A DNA stretch of 64,000 bases, taken from contig OZ316899.1 in the NCBI GenBank assembly GCA_973895155.1, positions 11,934,834-11,998,833 of the forward strand, given 5' to 3'. Positions 50,241-64,000 of this stretch are shown here, piece after piece (the stretch's first letter is position 1; the number at the start of each line of letters is the position of its first letter). The position numbers and the translations under genes are program-made. The notes under the pieces were generated by a model that saw only the letters and a list, made by a program, of their open reading frames with translations, was not told the DNA's origin and ran no database searches. The stretch is from Marsupella aquatica. Taxonomy: Eukaryota > Plantae > Marchantiophyta.

Positions 50241-50677
50241 CCGTCCTTCTTAATTGAATTCAGAGCTTCATCTCTTTTCTAGAACTCAATTACTTTCTTC
50301 CCTAACTTTGGAAATCATCATGTATGTCTTCTAACTTCCTATGAAGTTTCCTAATTCTACTTGCTTAACTATAAACTTCTCCTTTCTGTAATTAAATTAA
50401 GCACCTTTACATCTATCCTTCTTGGCCTTAAATTCTCTCCTCCTTCTTCTTACTGTGAGAAGGAATTCCTCCCTAATCATTTCTATAAATGAAGTTGGTG
50501 CATTTTTCATGGAGTACGGTCAGACTTCAAACACCATGAGTGGCCATTCCTCCTGTGGCTCCATCAAGGCGATGCTTTTAGACCAACTCAGATTCTATTT
50601 TGGCATTCACTGCCTGGCTCCTTCTGGAACTTTTTTCCAAGATGTTCATTATCAGAACTAAGAAAAAGGCAGCCTTT

Positions 50678-53600
50678 CACTAGTAGAAATACCCCCTATT
50701 TTTTACCATAAAATACGACTGACTATGACTAAAACCGGTCATGTATGACTGAAAATCACTGACGTCGTTCTTGCAACTAGTAGTCATAAAAGTGGTGACT
50801 TGGATTAACTTAGTCATATTATTGACTAGTGTCATTAGTCATTTTAGTGACTAGAGGGTCAAGTATTTGGAACCATACATCAGTCAAACATAAGTGTTTA
50901 GAATGACTTAGTTCGAGTCATATGGGGTTTTCCATGAGTGATTGATAACACTCAATTGACCGCACTAGTTTCCGTAGACAATGCTGTCATTCATAGTCGA
51001 GACTGAGTCATTAATGTCACAAAAGCACCAATCCAACTAACAATGGCACGATAATAACTCAAAATATGAGCAATCCATCAAAAAAAGAGTATTACCCAAC
51101 ATCATGTACTCCAAATTGTGGTCATATATTGAAACAATCCTTCACATTTTGAGTCTCAAATTGTATTTGGTACCTAACACTCTACAAATTTCTCAGGCCA
51201 CATCACAAATGATTCCACAGCATCCACAAGATGGATGTGTGGCGGATCATCTCCCTTGTTTGGAAAGGGTAGAAGATATTTGGGCTTACTGACAGCAGTC
51301 AACAACAGCACAACATGATCAGCAAGTACCTTCTTTCCATGGAAAGTACTTGCTTCAATTTGAAGTATGCCTTGCCCAACACAAACACCAGAATTATCAG
51401 TTGCCATTAGCCTAGAAGACTGTGCTACAATGCTCACTGCTGTCCCTTTTGGAGAAGTGTTATTCCTCTTCTTATTTGGTGCCTTGTAAGGCAAAGTCTC
51501 CTTCCCACTGTTTCTGGTCCTCATCTTTCCCATGTTCATCAATGGTGGGGATTGAGAAAACTCATCTCCAATACCTGGGGGAGGCTGAGAGTCTATGAAA
51601 ATCACATCATTGTCATCACTCTGCTTCTCCTGTGAATCTGAAAATTTGGTAGCCTCTAAGTTTCATCTCCTTTTCCTGCCTGCTGGATTTGGTATGCGCA
51701 CCTCCTCCTGTGCTGGCTCTGTACCTCAATAGCAGCCACAAATTCCTTCATTTACAACTAAGCATATAGGCACTAAAGCTGTCAACAAACCATCAAGTTT
51801 GCACTAATTGAACGTACATGGCATAGATACTCAACCACATTAACAGGCCAGACAGAGTCTTCAAACCAACATTTACTTACTCTCAATGACAGTTGTACCA
51901 GGTTCAATGATCTTTGGATCTGCTGCAGCCACTGCAATCTGATCACCTGATACACAATGTAACAAACCTTCAGGGTCTAGAACCTGAACCTGAACCATCC
52001 TGCATCCATGAACCTCAAATTCCTAGGTAAAGTCACACTACACTAAACATGATTTCAGATGACACGTACCACTCTTCTTTGTAGGCACAACTTCCACAAT
52101 ATTTGCAGGCTCTTCATATGGATGTGCAATTGGGTGCTCAACCCTGCCAGCAATGTGCATCGCCCGCAACTCACGTAGTTCAGCTTGTACTTCCCTTAAG
52201 GTTGATCCTTGGCTTTGAAGAAGACTAGCTATGTCCTTGAATTGACTCTTCATCTCAGTCTCTACTGATGGCCAAGCGTTCTCCACAGTCTTCAACCGGT
52301 CTGATATCTCTGTAAGGGTAGACACTGCTCCCTGCTATATATCACATACACCAACCAAACGGCTCTTCTCAGCAATTTTACAATTGCATAAGGGCTGACA
52401 GTACTGTACATCTGAAGAAGGACTGTATAACAGATTGTCCATCAATAATGCTCCTAAATTACCTGTTTAGATCCAATGCTGCCTTCATCACACTTTACCC
52501 TTTTGATTTCTGCCACAACCTCCTCTTTTGTGGGTTTCTCTCCAGTAAGCTTTTTCTGGAGCACATAAACATTGCAAGACACGTTTCTCAATGTCAATCT
52601 TGCCTAAACGTAGCGTGCTGCTACAACTACATACAGTCCACTCAAATATTGAAATGTAAATAAAGATATGTATGGCATGGGAACCCAACCAATTTGGCTA
52701 CTACTGGTGCATGTCCTCCCCTCCCTGTAAGCGTAGGATTCTTCACTGCATTTCTAGCAGCAATCATTTGTGCAGACTTCTCCTGTCCTGCCCTAGACAG
52801 AAATGTCCCTCTCAGTCGAGCCCATTGTTCTACATGAACACTTGGGGGTGCTTCAGCATGTGGTTTACTGCCATCAGCAATCCATGCTTTGTGCAATCGA
52901 TGCCTCTCTGTTTTCATGATAGTTCGTCCATACTCTGCAAGACAATCAGCACTGACCCCTTTCCCAGAATTCCCCAAATATTCCCACTTGTCTTGCATAT
53001 ATTTGCAAACCAGTTCCCAGTCAGATGGATGTTGACAATTAAAGTTAGTACAGCTAATGTCCAACCACCGTAGACACTCCATTCGCAAGTCATTGTGCCA
53101 TCTATTCTTTCCAGCACTCATCCTTGTGATCCGGCCTTCATCATCAACTTCAACAGTACCCAGCTTCACATTCTCACCTCTCCCAGTGCTCCCTGACGCA
53201 CTACTTGGTGTTGCAAATCCAGGAGTTGCTCTCCCATGGCCTGAGCGGGGTGTGATAGGGTTATCTGAAAAGAGAAACACAATTAACACCATTAATATCA
53301 TATGGTCTCTGTGAACTACCTGATTTCAATACTTTACTTAGAACTGCTGTAGAAAATACCTCCTCCCCTCCGCAGACTCTGTGTCGGTTGGACTGAAGGT
53401 GCTGGTGCTGGTGTTGGTGTTGGGTTCCCACCATACCCACCATAACCTTGCCATCTTGTCGCCATTGGGAGAGGACCTCCCATGAATTGCCCCGATGGCC
53501 CCATTGACCCTCCTTCATACATATTTGTGGGCTGCATACGGTCCCACATTGGGTCTGCCATTCACATCAGACCAGGCAAATTGTCATACTCAGACCCACA

Positions 53601-54227
53601 TCTATTGAGGAACACAATCAGCCAATTTGAGCTCAAAATACACTTGTCCACATGAAACAAATTAAAATGTTCACACTTACTTGGCCAACTTGGACCCATA
53701 TAGCTGGCAGAAGGGCCTACACCCATAGACCCGCCATAGTTATTGCCCCCCTGTCGTGCTTGCGGCCAGTTATAGTTGGGGGCATTAAATTGGGGGTTAT
53801 TGCAATTGTTGTTGCTTGGGGCTTGGGCTGAGTATACAGAGGGCGTCGGTCGAGATCTCATAGAAGTTCCCCCAGTTGCATTACTGCAAGCAGGCTTTGG
53901 TGGAGGGGTAGGATTTGGCATGTCATCATCCTCTGACATGCTAGCACTTGCATTCGGATCTTGGTCAGGATCATATTCTGTATCACCAACATCAGGCATG
54001 CAATCCTCTACCTCATTCTTATCAAGAGATTCAGCCATTGAAATAGGGGTCTTTGAAGTCAACCTCTCACTACGTCACCTAGGTACGTCAGGATTACAGA
54101 AGGTCTTCCTTCTACACTGACTCCGCTTCGACAGTGTTGGGATACTTTTGTTACTGCAACACCCACATGAAATTTGACACAGGTTATGTATGTAGTAGTC
54201 CATTACAGAAGCTACACAATGAACAGA
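50678..54227. mobile_element. CACTA element (terminus at 50678, GACTA/TAGTC subterminal repeats), cut by another CACTA end at 54228
   Basis: CACTAGTAGAAATACC terminus; dense GACT/AGTC repeats at 50715-51010. Confidence 0.8.
51174..54170 (-). pseudogene. TnpA-like gene (Transposase_24 Ptta/En/Spm domain plus TNP1-type C-terminal domain), multi-exon
   Basis: ERHRLHKAW..PPSVHVEQWARL..QEKSAQMIAARNAVKNPTLTGRGG; C-terminal FHGKKV..HVVLLL..LPFP..DAVESFVMWP. Confidence 0.75.
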
Positions 54228-55055
54228 CACTAGTAGAAACCGGGGCAATTTAGACCATACCTTATAGGACTAAGCCCACTAAGTCCTTTTTCCATACTTA
54301 AAATGACTCATACCCATTGCACCGGTTTTGTTGAAGACTACAAAAGACTATTAGTGTTTTATGGTTCACTAAAAGACTATGAGAAGTAACCTTCCTACTT
54401 TGTGAAGGATGAATAGTCTAGCACATCATGGGTAATGACCACTTATGCTGAGGAGGGGTAATTATATAAAGAGGGTGATAGCAAGGGGCATAACTCATTA
54501 AATGGCCTTATTTTGTGACCAAAAAGATTTTGGGTTTAATGAAGTGAGGTTCATGGAGGGTGGACTACAGAGGGATGGAACATGGACCGTGAACCCTAAC
54601 TTGTTTGCTGCCTTGGGAGGATCTTGAGAGCCAGAGCTTGCAAGCGGCGCTCTAAATGGATGACCCTGGCATTGCAAACATAGTGTGGCCACAGTCGAGT
54701 TGTCTTAAGCACATTAGGGGGTTTATATGTCAAGGCTAGCTAGGGGGTGGCTGGGTTTTCACTAAAGGGGGTTTAGGGGGGGTTTGATGTGAAGGGTCGG
54801 GGGTTGCATGTTAAGGGGATGGGGGTTTAGGGACCATTGGATCATCGGCATCCATCCCCACCATCAAAAAATTGCCCGTTCCCGCGTCCCGTTCCCCCTT
54901 CCCATTGTTGGAATGGCATGTCGTCCCTTCCTTTGGTCCCGATCCTTTGGTTTCCCGATACTTTGGTTGCCTGGTGCTAGGGACTTTGTTTATTGCCTCA
55001 ATGTTTCCTCGTTCTTTTGTGACAGCTTTGAGGTCGTTTGAGTAGAGTCTATCAT
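54228..55055 (+). mobile_element. Truncated CACTA terminus (828 bp), near-identical to 61066-61893
   Basis: CACTAGTAGAAACC start; constant offset of 6838 bp; only three substitutions noticed. Confidence 0.9.
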
Positions 55056-56080
55056 AGCATACTGACCACTAAGCTTTGGAGTGCCCTACCATGCTTTTGC
55101 ATTTGCTTTCTTCTTCCTTTGAAAGTACTCCCATGACTTGTTCCAACATTCAATAAACCCTATACAGGTAACCTTACCAAATTGCCAATATTTTTTTGGC
55201 TGCACGTTTGCGGTAGTTGGAAATATGTGGGTCCAAATGTAGGAATCTTTGGCACATTCCATGTCCCTAAGCCTAGACCCTTTTGAGACCATATTGTCAA
55301 TCAGTGGCAATTCAAACACAACATTCCCATTGTACTTGTTTAGCAAACATGAGACTTGCTCATGTCTGAAATCACCTGCGGATATGAACCTTGATAACTC
55401 GCTACATATGTCGACCAGTGGATTTGAGCAATGTGTCCATTGCACTTTGCCGATACACAACCTCCAACTGGTTAGAGCTCCCAGGAGTCTCACCTTTAAC
55501 GATAACATGTTGAGGGACTTTCAACTTCAATGAAGGACTTGGAGTGTGATCTCCATCTTCACTAGAAGAAATCTCCACAACATCAAATGGAACGTGGCGG
55601 ATACCTAATGGCCCTCCATGTGATCTAACCCAAAGGAGTATGAAGTCTATGCATTAAGATGCCAAAAACGTTCACCATCATCAACATTGAATGTTGCAGC
55701 ATCTTTGACATCATCATTGGATTCAACCTCTCAAACAATGGACTCAATGTCATTCATGTTCAAATCAATTCTCCCACAAGGTATCTCTCCCGGACTTGCT
55801 TGTGCGTATCTGCAAGAGATACAGGGATGGTGATAATATCTCCAGTCCCCAAGTAGGATAGAATGATAGACTGAGGCATTACAATCAAAAACTAGTATGC
55901 AACCTGAAAGTGTTTGAGACAGAAAAGTTGGTGAAAATGTGGAGCTTATACAGTTCACACCTGGGAATTTGTTGGCACCATAAATAAATTTTGTCATTTT
56001 TTTCCCGATAAGTCCGGATGGCAGACCCAAATACATCCTCATAAAGTACATTGCAAAAGCTCCAATTCACCAGCCGATGC
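55056..56080 (-). pseudogene. N-terminal (GCM-like Zn-binding) part of a MULE-related transposase
   Basis: YNGNVVFELP..MECAKDSYIW..CIGFIECWN..Y..N..W pattern recalled from GCM-like transposase N-termini; not verified by search. Confidence 0.5.
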
Positions 56081-56299
56081 GAACCAAGACTTTGCGGATT
56101 TGCAAGGTGTTCGGGGAGACTGAGGAGAGGAACAAAGAATTGCTAGTAGATGCGGCGCAATGATCCTGGACTCACCAAGGGAGATCACGAGTAGTTAAGA
56201 AACAACTCCTTTGCTATTGCGGGTTCTAGACGGGAGATGCACTTGGAGGGAAACAAATTTGGTGGAAGCGAACAGTCTAGAAATACGAACAGAGTGGAA

Positions 56300-59290
56300 A
56301 TGGGGAGATATGGTGGACAAGCCGGGAGTGACTCAACAACGTGAAGCTCTAGAGTTAATCACATTCTAACCAAGATAGGACTACGGATAAAAGGGCCAGT
56401 ATGAGGAAGAAGATCTTTGGTGCTCAAGATAGTGAGTGAATGTCGACGGTCGGCTGATACAAGGTGAGTTTGTGAGAAGCCCTTGAAGCCCGTGTTCCTG
56501 AGTGTGATAACAGTAGCTGGTTACAAAGGAGTTGGATACACAAAAGGTTTAGCATGATGGGAGAACAAGGGGTGATTACTATGGATCCTCGGGACGTTGG
56601 TTTGCTAGGGGTGGGCGGATGGCAGGTGGTCAAGCCACGCGGATGACGCAACTGCTCCCTGACGTTGCATTCAAGGGAATTTGGCTGGAAGGTGAGGATG
56701 GGGGGCAAGCACAAAATGTGGGGAGAGAGAGCAGAGGACTTGCTTTCTCTGCGCAGGATGTGCAATCGGATAGAATCAAACCAAGTACAACTTCACCTTC
56801 TGCTGGCCGGCAATTCTGTCGAGAGGAGATGGATGAGCAGGCGTGCTCGGTAAATGAAATTAGACCGGTACTGAACAAGGAGAGTGGAGAGGTGATACCA
56901 AGATCTGTGAATGACACGAGGGGAGCTGTACTGGATCATGTTGCTTTCCAGCCCTGGGGGAAGGAAACAGAGGTGAAAGGAGTGAATGTTGGTCAATGGA
57001 ACTCAACGAAGGGGAGAGCAAAGCCATGGGAGGAAAGAGAGATGCAAGGAGATGCTCAAGACAAGGGAGAATCAGAAGAATGCATCAGTGTCCTTCACAA
57101 GATTGCTATTAGATCCAAAGGTGATCTGGATAAGCGACTGTTTGCGGAGGTGGACTGGAATCTACCTAAAGCAGCACAGAATGTGAGACAACTCTATAAT
57201 TGTGCTCTCATTTGCTACTTCACTGGGAGAACACCACTGCTCACAGAATTCAGAGCTTGGGTTGAAGAAGTGATGACCATTCAAGAGAATTGGCCTGTTT
57301 TACAAGTCAAGTTTGTTGGGAAAAACTTCTACATGATTGTATTTGAGAACCCCGATCACAGGGACCTGGCTCTAAACTACGCGCCTTGGTTCATGGAGAG
57401 AAAATTTATCTATACATTCCCATGGGATCTGTCCTTTGATGTTAAATGTGAGAGCTTTACTAAGCTCTCGGTGTGGATTGAGATCCCATTCCCGGACCTC
57501 GCACTCGAAGGCTGCTGAAGAAGGATAGCTAGTTCGCTAGGGACGTTGCTTTACTACATTCAGGGGAATGAATTCAGTTCATACCCCCATGATCGAGCTT
57601 GCATTCTTTGGGATACGGATAGAGAAGTGCCTGCCAGTGTTAAGATTTGGATTCGAGATGACATTGTTATTTGGCAACCAGTAACATTCAAAAACATTCC
57701 ATAACACTACTACCGATGCAATCAAAGAGGTCTCGAAAGAGGTCATCTGGCTCGGAACTATAAAGCAAACTTGGAGGCTGATGGCATAGCACAGGCTGAA
57801 GTTGATCCGCCAAAGGAAAAAGATGATGAGAGACATTCTGAGGCGGACCATGAGGAGGTGCTCAGAGCGGAAGCAAATGCTAAAGAGCGAGCTCTCTTTC
57901 AATCTACTATTGTGCCCCCACATGAGGTGATATCCATTTCAGTTGAGAAAGAAAATGCTCAATTGGGATTGATGGTGGGCAACCCTGTACCCGGTGGTGC
58001 TACGCAGCACGCCCCAGCTTCATTACAACTTACAGTGCATCCTATGGATGAGATTGCAAAGACAGGATTGGGTAATGGAGTGATTGTTCCGTCTTTGGGA
58101 TTGGTCAACTGCATCACTGACTCACAAGCTCTTTTGGTAGCCCAAGCACCACCTCTGAATATTATTGACCCTTCACTTGGGGCACAACTCACCCTGAGTT
58201 TTACTTCAGATAGGGGAATAGACCCACCTGCTCCCAATTTGGGTGCTGGAAATGACGAGGCCTCCTCTTTCCATGAGGAATCTGATGCTGAGATGTTTGA
58301 ATATGAGGCATACATCTCACATAGCAAATTCAAGGCTCGAGCACTAAACAAGAGCTTTGCACACCGCCTTCCGAGCCGCCTTCTAAGAAGACGGAGAAGA
58401 ATCAAGGAGAGGCCAAGAAACAAAGATCACTCAGATTCTCACCCGGTGCTATGTCTGATGCAGGCAGCGCGAATTGCTTGAGGAACAATTGTTTGAGGTG
58501 GAACCTTCCAGGAGGGCGTGATAACTTGATTGGGGACCCTGGGAGTGCTCCACAAGGCGGACTGGAGGATATAGCCTCTCCCATGCGGGTCTCTCCGGCA
58601 AGGTCCATTAGTGGCTACATGAGTGGACCTATGGACCGTGATGTGACGGGGATGTCCCCTAGTGGACGTAATCAAATTTGAGAAATAGGGGACAAGAGGA
58701 GGTTGTGCTACGTACTAACCAGGGCATAGTAACGGGATGGAAGGAACATTTAGACTGACATCGTGGAATGTCTGCGGATTGTGTGAACCTAATCGCAAGC
58801 ATGTAGTTAAGAACTGGGTAAGTTTGCTGAAGGCGCCACTAGGGATACTGGCATTACAAGAAGTTAAAGCGGATAAATTTAGGCTCAATGTGGCGTTGAG
58901 AGCTATTCTACCTAGGTTTCAACATTTCTCTTATGAGCCAGATGATGGCAAAGGGGGAACTACATAATTACTTGTTCACCCTGGGCTGAAGGTGGTGAGC
59001 TTGGGAACACTGGACCTGGGAAGGGCAGTGTGGAGAGTGGTTGAGAAGGAAGCCGTGACATTCGGGGTAGCCAGTATTTATGCCCCCAACTCAGCACGAT
59101 TACGAGCACTTTTATGGAACAATTTGAAGGTTTTGTTGCCACACAACAACTGGCTATTGTGTGGCAATTTCAACATGACAGAACGTTGCACTGACTCAAC
59201 GGGTACCTCACCTTTGATTTGAGGTAGAGAGGCTGAATTCTAGAGATTTTTTTGAAGATGAGATTTAATCTTACTGATGCGTTGCTCACT
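56300..59290 (+). mobile_element. L1-type LINE, 5' half: ORF1 (DUF4283 + zinc knuckle, from 56619) and ORF2 endonuclease (from 58737), abruptly truncated; 5' boundary approximate
   Basis: ALICYFTGR..GKNFYMIVF..APWF..VWIEIP; SWNVCGL..LALQEVK..SIYAPN..WLLCGNFN (APE endonuclease). Confidence 0.85.
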
Positions 59291-61065
59291 GACATCTTTT
59301 GTCTTAGCAAGAATGTGAGTGAGGGTGGACTCATGTGTGTCTTTTGTGAAGAGAGGCCTCTCTGTATTCAAGAGTGCCCGACAAAACTATTGTATGTATA
59401 CCCTAAGCCAGGTTTCAAGACTGAGTCACATTTAATGCATATGTCCAGGTTGGCTGTGCATATGGGATTCCATGACCACCCCATTTGGAAGGGAAAATCT
59501 TGTTCTGCAAGACAGACAGCGGAAGATGTTGTTTTAGGGGTCCACAGGTTGAATCCAGTCTCAACTCTTGCACATTTGAGAAACCAGTTAATTGGGAACC
59601 TCATTTCCTTATTGCATCCTGAATCATCGGCTCAGTTGTTGAGAGGAGAACATAATGAAATTTGGAGTTTGATCGGAGTGGTTTCAACCGCTCCAAAGTT
59701 CCAAGCTATTCTTTGTAGTGTGAAGATGGATAATCCCCAAAAACAAGAACTTGACGTGAAATGCAATTGCATAATAATTTCCCTTTCGTGCAAAGGTACC
59801 TTTTTCCTGGTCAAGGAAACAGAAATGATCAAGCACATGTGTTCAAAATGAGTACAAATGGTCTTGGATCTGGTGTGGACATTTTGAGGAGCATGGAGTC
59901 TGGAGGAGTTTTGAAAGGTGCATGGGTGAGTTTTGACGTGATGCATCACATCACTACTGGATGGTTGACTTTAGCGCACACGTTTATGACCATAATTATT
60001 GCGCTCTGTGTACAATTTTCACTTGTGAGTTGAGAGTTGAAGACACAAAGTCGCTTGAGACTGTGTGGTGGTTAATGGTAGATGTCGCATCGGAGAATGG
60101 AGTGAATAATCCCATTATTGGAGGATTCATAGCAAACAATGCGGAGGCTGGCTGGATTGCTGTCCAAAGGGTGTTTTTTGGGGGTGTTAGAAATCCTATG
60201 AAAGAGCATAGTGATGCTTTCCATTTTTCTCAATCCCTCAGAAGACACACTTTGGAGGGAATCAAGGAGGGATGTCATGCGGAGCACTATAAGATGTGGG
60301 AGAAGTTAAGGATTGCTCCAACATATGTTGAAGCATATCGTGTAGCCAATGACATTAAAAAATGGTGGAAGGAAGGCAATTGTCACCCTTCCAAGCTTAA
60401 ATCACTCCAAGGGTGGATTTCATGGTGGGTTGTTTGTTGGAGACAATGGGTGAATTTTATTTGAGTGGTAAGTATTGGTCCATTATCTATGATGCATTAA
60501 AGCTAGCGAGATTGCTAGCCTAAATACTTCTTGTCATGAATGTTTTTGTCACTAACTCAAACATTAGTATGCCTCAAGATAGCGATATTGCTAGAGTGAA
60601 TACAAGTGTTAACTCTCTTTATTTTCCAGATGCAAACTGCGATGGAGTCTGCTTTGATGCCAAATTGTGCAGGAGCAAAATCTTCTCACGCATCAATGCG
60701 TTCCTGCCAGCCGAAGAAGAAAATTGCTTTGATTGAAGCCTGTGAAGTTGACCAGAATCAAGCAGTTGGACGAATTGCAGTGTTTACTGCATACTTGGAA
60801 GGGTGTCATCATGGCAATGGTCCTACAATATTTGAGCTGGCCTATAGAAATGCAATACAATGGGGTTGTTGGATGCCTATGAGAAGGCATCCAGTCTACT
60901 ATTTGAATCCTCTGGAAAATATGAGTTCTATAGAACAATGCCGTTACATGGAGACCTTAGAACAACGTCAAGAAAAAGGAAGGGTAATGCTTCCACTTCA
61001 ATTCATGAAAACCATTCTCATTGACATGATAAGATATTGCGCACAGTGGCGTCGCCATCTACCTT
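59291..61065 (+). pseudogene. Central/C-terminal part of a MULE-related DDE transposase, frameshifted, with an intron
   Basis: CVFC..C..C..HxHP; WVSFDVMH; HVYD; FIANNAEAGW (ADNA-like); DAFHFSQS (CxxH-like); W-rich WISWW..W. Confidence 0.65.
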
Positions 61066-64000
61066 CACTAGTAGAAACCGGGGCAATTTAGACCATACCT
61101 TATAGGACTAAGCCCACTAAGTCCTTTTTCCATACTTAAAATGACTCATACCCATTGCACCGGTTTTGTTGAAGACTACAAAAGACTATTAGTGTTTTAT
61201 GGTTCACTAAAAGACTATGAGAAGTAACCTTCCTACTTTGTGAAGGATGAATAGTCTAGCACATCATGGGTAATGACCACTTATGCTGAGGAGGGGTAAT
61301 TATATAAAGAGGGTGATAGCAAGGGGCATAACTCATTAAATGGCCTTATTTTGTGACCAAAAAGATTTTGGGTTTAATGAAGTGAGGTTCATGGAGGGTG
61401 GACTACAGAGGGATGGAACATGGACCGTGAACCCTAACTTGTTTGCTGCCTTGGGAGGATCTTGAGAGCCAGAGCTTGCAAGCGGCGCTCTAAATGGATG
61501 ACCCTGGCATTGCAAACATAGTGTGGCCACAGTCGAGTTGTCTTAAGCACATTAGGGGGTTTATATGTCAAGGCTAGCTAGGGGGTGGCTGGGTTTTCAC
61601 TAAAGGGGGTTTAGGGGGGGTTTGATGTGAAGGGTCGGGGGTTGCATGTTAAGGGGATGGGGGTTTAGGGACCATTGGATCATCGGCATCCATCCCCACC
61701 ATCAAAAAATTGCCCGTTCCCGCGTCCCGTTCCCCCTTCCCATTGTTGGAATGGCATGTCGTCCCTTCCTTTGGTCCCAATCCTTTGGTTTCCCGATACT
61801 TTGGTTGCCTGGTGCTAGGGACTTTGTTTTTTGCCTCAATGTTTCCTCGTTCTTTTCTGACAGCTTTGAGGTCGTTTGAGTAGAGTCTATCATTCACTGT
61901 CAATGTTGTCGCTGCCCGCCCCATTGCTGTGTGTTCAATTGAAGTTGCTTCGGCAGAGGTGATCGCTCTTGCTGCAGAAGGCATTGAACGAGAGGGAGCA
62001 AGCTTCCTGGTATTGCGGAAGGTGATTGCAACTCTTTGCGAAAGGTGATTAGTGCGGATGTGAAGGGAGGTGATTGCTTTGTTCGATCTGTAAGGTGGAC
62101 TGCAAAGCTCACAGAGGCAGTGAAACTTTAGTCACGACGCGGACTAAAGTGAAGCTTGGGAGTTTAGAGTGGGCACAATAAAAATCACTAGTTTGCAATT
62201 TTCCTTGTCAACTAGCCCATTTACACATTCTTTACAGGGTCTACAAGTCAAGCCTTGCACACATGTACATTCCCTCACAACTTCTCACTTCTAATTTGGC
62301 TTTGGAACTCAACCCTTACACTTAAAAGATCATCCAGATTGACTCGGGCCGCTGTCAACTTGGGTTCTAAAACCAAACTTAACACCAATTTGTAATCTTT
62401 TTTACAGGCCTACAAGGAGCTACTTGTAGTGTAAAATGGCATTTGCTACGTCTTCATTTTGCAGTTTCAAAATCTCACTCCCAAAAAGTGTTGCCTTCAC
62501 TACTTTGGGTTGCTTTAATTTAGGCTTTTCAAACTCTAATTAAATTCTATGGAGCTGTGGACCTAATGTCTATCTTTCACACTAATGACCCTAGTTTGTT
62601 CACTCTTTTAGATGCACTTCTTCATCACAACAAATTCTTCAGCTTTTTTATCAACTAGCCCATTTACACCCTGTTTACATATGATTTACACACTATTTAC
62701 ACCTCTGTTATAGGGTATTTAAATCCAAGCTTGAGCACCGTCTCTCCAATGGCCTGAGCCTGCGCTTGTACCTCACCTTTTGTCTTTGGTAAGGGTTTCT
62801 TCCAACCTGGCATTCACCTTACCTTTGTCTTTTCTGAGGGTTTCTCCCGACCTGGGTGACGACTTCCTCCTGTCCTAGCCACCTTCCCGCCGCTACCCAA
62901 TTTGAAAATGCAAGAGCTTGTTTCAATCACTGAAACCTGCCGTGCTCACGGCTTCCTCCTGTCCTAGCGACCTTCCAGCCGCTACCCAATTTGAAAATGC
63001 AAGAGCTTGTTTCAGTCTCCCTGAAATCTGCCCTGCTCATGAGCTCAGCACTTGCGCTAGCAAAACTGCCTAATATTTCTTACGCGTAGCTTTCATGGTA
63101 TCTAGTGGCAGTGGTGGAATATTTGAGAAGGAAGTGGATCGGGGACTCAAGGATAAGGCAGCGGCTCATTCGAACAATGCGCACCTTTGTAGTCAGAGCA
63201 AGGTCTCGCTGAATTGCACTACGACACAGAATCAGTGTTCCCTATTTTCTGCATTGTTCCATATGTTTGTGGGAGAATACAAAAGCTTTGGATAGACTTT
63301 TTCTATTTGTTTGAACCACAAATCTTGGTGTTGGAAGACTGTTTTGTTGGAAATCGATCTAGCTATGTTGATACTCTTGCTCATGCGCCCAACGTGGATC
63401 AACCTGCTGGTGCCAAAGTCGTTCTAGTGTTCAAGTTTCTTCTCAATATGGTACGTGGATTTTTTCAAGTTCCAATGTCCACACAGTGAACTGCAAAATC
63501 CATTTTTTAAATTACTCACTCGATTCTTGATGAATGTTGACAATCATTGGCTAGTTAGAATCGTCTCTTGAAGATCTTTCCAATGATGTATTCCACGCAG
63601 AATTTCATTAGGATTTGACTCGGGAATGTCAAATCGAAAATTGCTGTCAAAAAAAGTTCTGCGAAAATCTGAGAAATTCAATTTAGTGTAACTTTTTCAA
63701 ATCTTAAGTATAATCTGTGATCTTGGAGTGGTTAGAAGCGGATTTAACATATCTTTCTGATGCACCATGCCACAACCATTCAACTCTTGAAGTTTCTCCT
63801 CAGTACAGTACGTGGATGTTTTCAAGCTTCACTGTCCATACGTACAATGAACTGCAAAATCTACTTTTCAAATTACTCACTCAATTCTTGATGAATGTTG
63901 ATAATCATGGGCTCATTAGAATAGTCTCTTGAAGATCTTTCCAACGATGTATTCCACACAGAATTTCACGAGGATTTGACTCAACAATGTCAAATCGAAA
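61066..64000 (+). mobile_element. CACTA element, terminus at 61066, probably extends beyond the window; internal tandem duplications (89 bp at 62863-63040; about 360 bp at 63450-64000)
   Basis: CACTAGTAGAAACC terminus inserted into the transposase remnant; the duplications are directly visible. Internal extent is inferred. Confidence 0.7.

Noticed and set aside
50470-50540. RT-like motif PYSMKNAPTSF on the minus strand
   Set aside because: Isolated, with no flanking RT motifs or YxDD.

Overview
Eukaryotic plant DNA, probably from a non-seed plant such as a bryophyte (inferred from TTTAGGG telomere-type repeats and the TE families present). It holds one clearly intact host gene, a 10-exon PAM2 + 2xRRM poly(A)-binding-protein interactor (CID8-13/RBP37 family, 13867-17205, +), inside a deeply nested transposon landscape. 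The main result is a degenerate Ty3/Gypsy LTR retrotransposon (27392-39377, minus) whose polyprotein reads C5 cytosine DNA methyltransferase (DNMT3-like) - RT - RNase H - integrase - PHD finger. Removing a later 6.5-kb Mutator insertion (10-bp TSD) puts the DNMT back in frame with RT. Separately, a CACTA element (<1-8749) carries a decayed SET-domain gene, so two unrelated TEs here carry chromatin-writer cargo. Other observations: a 3.95-kb TG..CA solo-LTR-like unit with a 5-bp TSD that contains its own TATA box and ORFs; a full-length Gypsy (41182-50240) with a candidate -1 frameshift between protease and RT; short telomere-repeat insertions inside TEs; a Mutator with an intact convergent orphan gene; a Helitron-like end with a 35-bp minisatellite upstream of the host gene; and two near-identical CACTA ends flanking an apparently inverted transposase/LINE segment. 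All calls were made by eye from motifs; no database searches were run.
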